64,000 nt of DNA from Schizochytrium sp. TIO01 (lineage: Eukaryota > Protista > Bigyra: Labyrinthulomycetes): NCBI GenBank assembly GCA_004764695.1, contig SMSO01000037.1:3138747-3202746 (forward strand), read 5' to 3'. This document shows, one piece after another, positions 55,038-64,000 of this stretch. The notes under the pieces were generated by a model. It ran no database searches. It was not told the origin of the DNA and saw nothing but the letters and a program-made list of their open reading frames with translations. Made by a program: the position numbers and the translations under genes. Every line of letters starts with the position of its first letter. Position 1 is the first letter of the stretch.

Positions 55038-55045
55038 CTCCCCCC
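55038..55045 (-). promoter_or_regulatory. Polypurine tract GGGGGGAG
   Basis: ctcccccc on the + strand, immediately adjacent to the 3' LTR. Confidence 0.88.
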
Positions 55046-57070
55046 AAGTCCGCCGGTTGAGCTTTCATGAGTGTGTCGCTATGTCTCCAATGTGGCTCAA
55101 TAGGTAAGGACTTTGTCAAGCAGTCTGAAGGGTTAAGTTGGCCGGGAATGTGATATACTTTGATCTTGCCTTCTTCTTGTAGTACTGATAAACTGAGGTA
55201 TTTGAGAGCCAAGTGTTTATTACGGTCGTTCCAGTGACCTCTGTTTAATACATCAACGAGTGACTGAGAGTCCGTGTAAATATGTATGACTCCTGTATTC
55301 ACACCGAGTTCGTGTAAGAAATTTTTGACTCCTATTGCAGCTCGTGTGGCTTCATGAATACTCATCATTTCGGCTTCCAGAGTACTTAAGGCAATCATTG
55401 ATTGGCGGGTGGATTTCCACAGTACTGCACTGTCGTTAATTCTAATCACATAACCAGAAACAGATTTAAGGTGAGGATCTGCAACTGCAGCATAACTCGC
55501 ATCTGCGAATACGTTAATTTGTAAGTCTTGTTCGGAAGTATGTCCTCGTAATGTTAGTCCATACTCCTGGGTTCCTTTAATGTAACGCATTATTCGTTTT
55601 AGTGCATGCATGTGAATGTCACCATTCTTATGTCCGTGTCTGCTGACTTGATGAAGTGCGAATGCTAAGTCGATCCTAGTCTGTCCTAAGTAAAGTAATT
55701 TTCCGAGAATCGATCTGTAGTCCCTGTGTTGTTCCTCTATTGGATGGTCCGGTAAACTACACCCCTTTTCTAATGGTGTTTTAGTAAAGTTTGCGTTGGA
55801 CATTCCACTAGTCTCGAGTATCTTTGCAGCGAATTTTTCTTGCGAGATTGTGCACACTTTGTCTTGTCTGTTGTACTTGAATTTGAGTCCCAGGTAATAC
55901 ACTTCTTCTGGATTGTGTTGTACTTTTACCTCGTACTTGTTCATAAGTGCTTGAACAGTGTTGCGAACCGCATTTGTCGTTCCAAATATGAAAAGATCAT
56001 CAACATGAGTAATGATAATGGAATTGTCGTTCATGTAGCAACTGGGATCAAATTTGCTTTTCCTGAGTCCACTGTCACAGAGTGTCTTTGACAAATGCTG
56101 GGACCAACGTCTTGGGCTTGTTCGGAGGCCATAAAGTGAGCGAGCTAACTTATAAACATGTCCATCCGGGACTGTTACACCTTCAGGTGGTTCTACAAAG
56201 ATATTCTCGTTGTCGTGGTCGATTTCAGCTTGGAGAAAGGCTGCGGACACGTCTAGTACTGCTGTTGCCCAATTTCGAGTTAGAGCAACTACAAGAGCAG
56301 TTCGAAGTGTTAGGCGATCTGAAGTTGGTGCATAGACGTCGACTTTCGATTCGAGTGGTTCGTCAAAGCCTTGCACAACTAGTCGTGCTTTTGCGATGTC
56401 TTCGATTTCTTTGTAGGTAAATACCCATCTGGCTCCCATGGTACCTGTGGTGGCAGTAGATCTTGGGACCAGTAAGAAAGTGCCGCTTCGTTCAAGGTTT
56501 GACCATTCTTTCCGAATAGCTTCTATCCAGGGTTCTTGATCTTCGGGCTTCATCCTTGTAAATTCTTTGTATGTCTTTGGAACTGTGATATTTGGAGTCA
56601 GTCGCATAATGGAATTTTGTACTGTTTGCATGACATTGCTGTTGTTGGTTTTCTGCTTTACGGAATTTGTTAGATTCTCCCTCTGACGTGAAGCATGAAA
56701 GGCTCCGTCAGAGCGTGGACGTTTGGTTCCGTGTTGAGTATGTGTCATGGAAACACGCTCCCCCATTCCTGAGAAGTCAGGTTGGGACTGCTCCCCCATT
56801 CCGGTTACTGGTATATTTAGTGCGCTGTATGTATGTCTGTTTGCTGCACCAAATGCAGTGTCAGCGTCAATGTTAATACGTGTAACTGGAGTTCGTGTGC
56901 GACTGCTACGTCTGATGCCTGTGGTGATGATAGGTTCCTGTGAGGGTTTATAATCATCATCTTTATCATCAGCATCGTTGTCATCTCCTGCATTATGGGA
57001 GGGTGCTCTTAGCAGTGTATTTTGATCATTTGTACTTCTATTTGATTCATAGGCATCTGCTTCGAGTCTA

Positions 57071-57238
57071 GCAAAGTCAGGGTTCTCATAATCATCTGAT
57101 ACAAAGTCAGGGTTCTCATAATCGTCTGATACAAGGTCAGGGTTCTCATAATCGTCGGATACAAAGTCAATCGTCTGATACAAAGTCAGGGTTCTCATAA
57201 TCATCTGCTCCGGGGTTAGCGAAGTCAGGTTTCTCATT
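57071..57238 (-). repeat. 30-bp coding minisatellite (DDYENPDFVS)n in the INT-RT linker
   Basis: Unit acaaagtcagggttctcataatcgtctgat, about 5 copies; one copy is truncated by 11 bp. Confidence 0.92.
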
Positions 57239-59987
57239 CATTAACACGACCGCACTCGTCGCCCGTCTGGATAAAAGAGGGGAACTCAAAATCGGTTCAT
57301 TTAGAGTGGGTGATACAATATTAAGTGGAGACTGTGAGGTCATTCCATCTTTGTCGGGCGGTAAAGCCTGAGCAGTGTGTTCAAGCGGTGAAGCTGTCAC
57401 AGTGCTGTTAGAGGATGTGTTTATAGTCGGGCGGTTAGTCCCCAAGGATGTTTCAAAAGAAGGAGGAAGGTTAGTAGAGTTCGATACGTCAACCCAATCA
57501 TTGGTATCGGATGTATCATGTGGAGTGTGCGACGATGCAGGTGAGTGTAGTGGTCCAGAATTCAATGGATCTTCAAAGCAGTTGAGTACGCGATTCGTAA
57601 TGAAGTCATCATAGAAAACGACATCTCGACTAACGACAAAACGTTTCGTGTCTCGAGTTAGGATGAGGTGCGTATCATAATTGTACTCCCGTGCAGGGCC
57701 TAGGTACAGTCCGCGTAGACCTCTAGGAGTAAGTTTATTTTGAGGATTTTGGTTCTTGTAGACCACATCACTCCCAAAGATATGTAAATGATCAAGGGAT
57801 GGCGGTTTGCCATAGTGACGTTCGTAGGGTGAGATTCGATGACGTTGAGTGCATAAACGATTCCGGAGATAGGCTGCGTGCTGATATGCGAGCCACCAGA
57901 ATTTATCTGGAAGTTGTGCCGTACGGAGTAAGACTCGAGTAAGTCGTAGGAAAGTGCCATTTATTGATTCCGCTGGGTGTAGAGCGTGAGCTCCACTGGG
58001 ACTAATGCTAAGTGTCCAATCCCATTCGTCACAGAGACGTCGGAATTCTCCATGAAGGAAATATTTGGCTCCGTCTACGTACAGGCGAGCTGGACGTTTC
58101 TCATAGCCATGCCAGTCGGCACGCCATCGTTTGAGAGCAATTGAAACTTCGCTCGGAGTAGTCATTCCGTATGGTTGAGCAATGTCTGAGGCTAAATCTC
58201 GCGCTATTAGAACATATCGAATGTTCTTGGGTAAGCCATCGACAGGCATTGGTCCTACTACATCAAGTGTCGCGGCTTGTTGTGGTTTGTAGGAACGTTC
58301 TTCATGTGGTCCCTGTGGGACAGGTCGCGTCTTGATGTTAGCTAACATGCATTGAGGGCATCGAAATTTGATTTTGGAGACCGGGACGCCTAATGTATGT
58401 GACATCCGGATGGGATTAGGATGGCCCAGACGTAGATGCAATGTTAGCCAGTCCTTGTTATTGACTTGGGTAGTGGTTACTGCCAGAGCTTGTTGTTTGG
58501 TACTGAATGTTAGTGTTGGAGATCCATGATATGAACCCAACTGTATTTGTTCTGTACTAGGGGTATCCATAATAAGTTGTCGTAAGTGGATATCATAGCC
58601 TTGTGCAAGAAGGTCACTTGTAGAGATGAGAGTAGATTTCATTGCTGGACAGTAGTCTGCCATGAGGCGTATCTGTGTAACTTTCCCGTCAGTGGTTGGA
58701 ACCTCAAAGAGTGCAACTCCACCTTGAGTAACGGTGAGGTGTGTGCCGCCTGCCACTTCTATGCGTCTCTTATCAGGGAGATTGTAGAATTCTATGAATA
58801 CATCTCGATTGGCGGTAATCGTTCTTGTGCATCCCGTATCTAAGATAGCCATGTTGGAGGGTATCGAAGGTCCCACATGGAATCCGTAACCATCGACATA
58901 AGTATCAAAGCTGTTGTTGTTCGTGGTCGAGTTGGTTGAGTTTGTAGGGATATGAATGTTCTGCATGGCTACAGCTGGATCTGCACCTCGGTTGTTTGGC
59001 GGGGACGAAGGTCGTCGAGCCTTATGTGGGCGTTGTCGCTGCGGTTGATTCGCACGTGAGTGTGTATACTGCTGGCGCGGATGTGCACTTGGATAGGTTC
59101 TGCATTCGTCACCATAGTGCCCCTTTTTGCCACACCTTTTGCAGACAATGGTGCTCCGGTACGAACGTTTCCGATTGTACCGACCTTTGTTCTGTTGGTC
59201 AGGTGGACCTTGCGCCATCATAGCTGATTGTTGGACTGGTTCTCGAGCTGTTTTCGAGTATAGATGGTCATTTTCGTGAGGGTTTACATTGCCAAGTTCC
59301 TCTGCATCCATGTGGAGACTCTTTCTATTACCCGCCAGGATTGTCCTGAGTTCGGAACTAGATGCGAATGACCCTATGCTGCTTAGTGTCGTAAGTAGCA
59401 TTAATGAAGCAATTTCTTTTGCCACATTGTTTGGGTCCACATAAGTGAGTAGTTCTTCCACTATCGATTCTGCCTTAGCATAAAGGACTTTGAACTCTGA
59501 TTTTCCTCGTCGTTGTCTCGCGATGAGTTCTTTTCTTGAGTTTAAGGCTGAGAATGCTTTTATCAAAGCTATGGCTCCTCCATTGTTTTTTCGATAAGAA
59601 ATGCGCTTCCAGGTTCTCCCATGCCTTGAGGCCTGACATGGTTTCTGTATTGTTCTTGTTCATGACGAAAAGTAAGTCTCCTTGTGAGCTTACTATTCCT
59701 ACTAGAAAGGCATATAGTTTTGTAGTTTAGTCATTGGATCAGTACACGCTCGTATACTTGCTGGATTTAGGTTCCTTATATTCATATTAGTAAGTAATTC
59801 AATACGAGTTGTTCTCCACGTATCTATCCCACCAATCTTTATTTGGGGTAGACTCCATCTCGAGTGGTCGAAGATGGCATCACCTACGATCCTCCTATTT
59901 TCTCGGTTGGCACTGGCCGTCGCGTCTGTATGAGACGAGGAGGTTGCGTTTTCTTCGTGTTGAGACATTTTTCCAAATGAGTTATCT

Positions 59988-60000
59988 TGGGCCCATAACC
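59988..60000 (-). promoter_or_regulatory. Primer-binding site GGTTATGGGCCCA (complementary to the tRNAiMet anticodon arm)
   Basis: Directly abuts the 5' LTR. The + strand TGGGCCCATAACC equals the anticodon-arm sequence of eukaryotic initiator tRNA-Met. Confidence 0.88.
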
Positions 60001-60360
60001 TAATGAAACGTGGTTATGATTACTTAGAGGTATTTGGGGAAATGTCTTAGGTGGTAATAATTAGTTATTACTATGGCTAGGATTGTCTTGTAGAATGTGC
60101 TTGATAAATTCAAGTGCTTCTGGTCGCTTTGGTATTTCGGGTCTGCCTGCAGGTTTTGCTTTGCAGACTCCTCTTGATGCTTGCTTGATTCCCTTCATTC
60201 CCTGGTTGATTCCGGCGCAGTGTTGTACATCACCCATCATGCCATCATGACATCACCCATCATGCCATCGTGACACTTTTGTCCTGCTTTCGTCAGATAG
60301 GGGCTCCTCTTAATCTTGCGAAGTCATGTCGCAGAGATGTGTCTGAATTCCTTCTCAGTA
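60001..60360 (-). repeat. 5' LTR (360 bp)
   Basis: Direct repeat of 54678-55037; two substitutions seen by eye. Confidence 0.97.
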
Positions 60361-60672
60361 GACACTGTATTCACCCCGAAACTGTTTGGTTTGGATTTTC
60401 ATGATGCATTGTTTAATGTAAAAAATGAGGATTCTGACTATGCCTGTGCATTCAGTGATTGTTTCACTATCACTAACACCAATGAAGAGGAACTCAGGCC
60501 AACGACCACATACAGTCTCGATTTCATTCGTAAACCAGGATTGAAGATAGACTTTTGTGAACGATTTCTTGAAGCCGAAGTCGACTACTTCCGCAAGCAC
60601 ATCCCGCTAATTGTGGATAAAAAACCAGACGGCATGGAATTTTGCCTTCGACTAGAAGGATACACGCCTTAA
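60361..60672 (+). pseudogene. 3' part of the copia-interrupted ORFan gene
   Basis: Removing the element plus one GACAC copy gives the in-frame read ...QNNL-DT-VFTPKLFGLDF...LEGYTP*. Confidence 0.7.
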
Positions 60673-60789
60673 ACTATTCATTTTAAAAAAACTAAATTAA
60701 GAATAATAATATGTTGCATTTAGAAAAAATTATATATATTATCATCATTGATTTATTTGTATGTTAATAAGAGACACTACTCACGCACG

Positions 60790-61038
60790 ATGAATGCTAT
60801 CCACAACTCAGACGAGATCAAGGTAATCCTCACTTGCATGAAATGCAAATACACACCGGGATGGGCAACGTGTCCACATATTGGTACTGGCGTTTCTGAC
60901 CTCACAACGATCTCACGTACCAAATGGCAGAATCCGCGTAAGCGCGAATTGATTGACGAGATTGTGCGTCTGGACAAAATCTATCGTGCTCAAGAGGCTC
61001 TTAAAAATCTTGAAATCGCTCAAACAATTGCCAACTAG
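60790..61038 (+). CDS. Small hypothetical protein with CxxC...CxH (possible zinc-binding), possibly truncated
   Basis: MNAIHNSDEIKVILTCMKCKYTPGWATCPH..., preceded by an AT-rich spacer. Confidence 0.35.
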   Translation: MNAIHNSDEIKVILTCMKCKYTPGWATCPHIGTGVSDLTTISRTKWQNPRKRELIDEIVRLDKIYRAQEALKNLEIAQTIAN

Positions 61039-61403
61039 AGGGAAGAACCGTTTGAATAAAACATCCGCCGTTGTTTTGGTGCTAAACGACATAGTTGCTG
61101 ATGATGCAGAAGAACTGAACAGCAAATATATATGCATGAGCTGGGACAAGCACTTGCCTATGGCACTGCTACTAATAATAGAAGCAAACTTGTGCTTTTT
61201 GGGACGAATCGACCCCCTCGCAATGCTTCGACACGTGCAAGAAGTACAAAGTGGACGTGGAAATTTTCCAACCGTAGTTAGCTTTTTAAAACTAAATGCA
61301 AATTTTGAACTTTGACCAAAAAATAAAATTCAGAAAGCAAAACCCTAACTCAGCGTCGCCGAGCCAACTCAAGAAATAGTAGTCCATTCATCCGTTCCTA
61401 ACC

Positions 61404-62270
61404 ATGACCACTCAAGCTACCAACAACGGCTGACTGCTTCCTACCGTAGATGTGGCGGAGCTCTCTGCCAACCTGGCCCGCCTTACGGGGGAGCAGCACC
61501 AGCAACTCGCTGCCAAGATGCCCTCCAACAAGATGGACCTCTTCACCGCCTACATGTACATCGAGAGCTTCCAGCGCAACCCCGAGACCGCGAGCACCTT
61601 CTGCATCCCCGCCATGCTCGTCGCTGCCATTGCTGGCAGGGCCTATACCCATCGCCAATCTCAAAATGATATGATCAATTATATCGAGAACGCCATGGGT
61701 GGCATTAGGGGTGTGCATTGGGAGTATTTGAAGCGCAGGCGAATTTTTCCGAATTGCAGTGGAGAAACTGCACTAAAATCCCACCTTGCTTGTATGAAGG
61801 ACGGAGCTTGTGTCATTCGGAGTGATTGTGGTAATGCAGCCAAGTTTCCTTATGTGACCCCCATGTTCGCCATGAAGCTTTTGATGATGATGCAAAGTCC
61901 TCGCCGCGATGATTTCGTGAGCCTGGGCATGGCTGCGCTGAGTGCGGTCGGATCGCTGCTTCGCGGGGAGACGGTTGAAGTACTGGACGGTGCTGGGAAC
62001 GTGGTGCATTCTCTGGGCGACAGCCTGGCGAAGGGGGGACGTGGTCGCAAGCGTAAGACCATCATCACTGACGCCGAGGCCCGACATGCCTTGCGTCGTG
62101 TGGAGGGCATTGACACTTACAAGAACCTGAGTGACAAGGCGAAGGACAAGTTTGAGATGAACATGGGGCGCTACGCCGAGATGAATGGGATGGTGAACAA
62201 GATTGCCACGACGATGGATAAGCGCCAGTGGAACGACTACCACTATGGCCCGAGGCCCAAGAAGATTTAG
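61404..62270 (+). pseudogene. Phage/giant-virus antirepressor-like (KilA-N/Bro-N/AntA/MSV199-like) gene with a premature stop at codon 10
   Basis: In-frame ATG at 61404 and TGA at 61431, then 279 open codons. FCIP..LV..IAG...GIRGVHW...YVTPMFAMKLLM...RRDDF and the C-terminal RVEGIDTYKNLSD...YAEMNGMV resemble viral antirepressor-type DNA-binding proteins. Confidence 0.45.
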
Positions 62271-64000
62271 GGAGGATCTATCTGGTATGGACCTTTCCTC
62301 AATAAAACCTGCCGACTGGCTAGCCCAGTCATCGGAACTTCAGCTCCAATGGTAGGCTATACTGCCGAAAGCTTTCCTTTTGGGCCCTCTGGGATAACAA
62401 ATTTGTAAGACCAGAGCCGCATGCTGTCACTGTCTACCTATCTTAGCTGGTGGTGGATAGAGCGATTGGTGAAGGCTCAGCGTCCAACCAGATTCTGTGT
62501 GCGTGTGACGTAAGAGAACACTGAGATTTACTGCTAAGACTTAAAAAAAAAGAAGAAAAAAAAAGTAAGAATGAAAGAAAGAAATGAAAACTAATATAAA
62601 GCTATTAGGTAGTATTTCGTCTCACTGGTCACCAGAAGCTAACCCTAGCATATGTGTGGTGCTTGTCAGGTCAGATAGAAAGAGTTGAAAAACAGTGATG
62701 GTGGGGGAGTGTACCAAAAAAAATCTGTTGGCACGCAACTCAGTCCGCAGACCATCCATCGATGACGGTTATCATCATCTTCTGATATTAAAAAAGAATT
62801 TTTCAAAATCAGCTTATCTTACAATTAATTCTGAGACAAATCATCATTCAGAAGTTGTAGAAACCAACAGCCAGCAAAAGGTCTTAGAAGCAGCGGATAT
62901 ACCAAGTTTTCAGGCAAATGTTACCACAGGTGCTGTTAACATATATATGAGTTTTTCAAAGCTACTTACAGAAGTTTTGAGGCAATAAGACATGGTGCTG
63001 CGTTCTTTGGCGGCTCAGACTCTGATCCTATATGCCAGCTCTACTTAAGAAAACCTGATAGTATTCTTGACCTGCGATATACATCTGCACTCCATATGCC
63101 ATAGGGTTGTTCTAGCTACTTTATACGGGTTTTCAATAGAACATGATAATGCAACAATGACTATGAACTAATCACCAACATATAGCTTGAACATAAAAAG
63201 TTTGTACCTTCTTTTTGACGAAGAGGTATGGTGTGGTAGGTCACTAAGCATGCAAGACCTGATGTGTGCCGGTAAATGTTCCGCATGACTACTGCTACTG
63301 GAGATTCGTCATTGATTGCAAAAGAAACATTAACGCGCCCGATTCTGTGGGATATATACGGACATACGGAAACAAATCAAGCACGAAAATATTGCTTCGA
63401 ATTGAAAAGATATTGAAGAATTGTGACAATATGTTATTAAATGTCTCCAAAGACTTGATATGTCCTAAGAATTTATGTAGAAAGTATAGACGCCAATACA
63501 CTAAGAACCATATTCAGTATAACCATAGTTGGGTCCGTTAATTGTCACCCACACATTGAAGCGTGAACTTCTAAAGCTACGGTTGTGTCACTCAAACTCT
63601 TTTCGGTTAAACGTGTTGTTTAATTGAACCAAATAGCTGAAGATATTATAGAATGATGCAAATTGTATGCAGATATAATTTCCAGTAATTAAATTGAACG
63701 ATAGTATGCACTGGTACCCTCCAAACTTCATCGATGGCAGTATTGCCTTACATCAAATCTATTTGGTCATTCTAAGCTAGGCTTTCAGCGTTACTAATTT
63801 ATGAGCTATATAGCTAAGAGTATATAAAATCCTAGCCACAAACCATTTCACTCTGTCTGCGCGAAGGTCTAGCCAGAGAGATCTTATATACTTACGGGAA
63901 TCTAGCCTGAAACCGTGGCTTTGTTCCCATCCTGTTCTTTCCCGACTAAATTGCATAAACTCTGACATAAACGATTTTGATCCGTATAGCTGTTTCGACC

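Larger units (their letters stand above)
54970..59968 (-). pseudogene. copia gag-pol polyprotein, broken by three frameshifts
   Basis: Zinc knuckle CKRCGKKGHYGDEC; protease ILDTGCT; integrase HLRLGH...CPQC and LDVVGP/YVDG/AES; RT KARLVVQGF, LDVSAAFL, LYGL, HVDD; RNase H FADASYA, EAE, TDSQS, DCLTK. Frame breaks near 59725, 59590 and 57170. Confidence 0.93.
54678..60360 (-). mobile_element. Full-length Ty1/copia LTR retrotransposon (5683 bp), TSD GACAC
   Basis: Two 360-bp LTRs; GACAC at 54673-54677 and 60361-60365; PBS and PPT present; gag-PR-INT-RT-RH order. Confidence 0.97.

Noticed and set aside
57071-57238. 30-bp repeats as a CRISPR array
   Set aside because: The units are head-to-tail with no unique spacers, are in-frame coding within pol, and there are no cas genes in this eukaryotic context.
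57160-57240. Programmed ribosomal frameshift between INT and RT
   Set aside because: The shift is fully explained by an 11-bp deletion in one repeat unit, and copia elements normally have one continuous pol frame.
38800-62700. Polinton, Helitron or DNA-transposon identity for the island
   Set aside because: No pPolB, rve integrase, capsid, Rep/helicase or recognisable transposase, and no terminal inverted repeats or TSD found by eye.
62695-63968. Short ORFs at the right end
   Set aside because: Under 100 aa, no motifs, AT-rich; treated as intergenic.

Overview
Eukaryotic, intron-poor, gene-dense DNA. It is probably from a protist; a thraustochytrid/labyrinthulomycete stramenopile is my inference, not proven. 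The left part (1 to ~38 kb) is ordinary host chromosome: a cNMP-binding protein, ERGIC3/Erv46, a tropinone-reductase-like SDR with one GT-AG intron, RAD50, PH and TTL proteins, DUF711, a centriolin-like LRR/coiled-coil protein, a TMEM245-like protein and CNOT4. One striking exception sits among them: an intact LRR + NEL E3 ubiquitin ligase of the bacterial IpaH/SspH effector type (12660-14363). The right part (~39-62.4 kb) is a compact, visibly more AT-rich, partly decayed island that looks foreign. It contains a co-oriented minus-strand cluster: a Crinkler-type P-loop NTPase/REase gene, then four tandem paralogs built from 13 shuffled ~98-aa modules, each ending in a C2H2 finger with a hypervariable recognition helix, then a Fic-domain gene. 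The island also has several frameshifted ORFans and a phage/giant-virus antirepressor-like pseudogene. A young full-length Ty1/copia element (54678-60360) splits one island gene; it has 360-bp LTRs with non-canonical TA...TA ends, a GACAC TSD and a half-tRNAiMet PBS. No tRNA, rRNA or CRISPR array was recognised. All family calls are from motif recognition by eye, not database searches.
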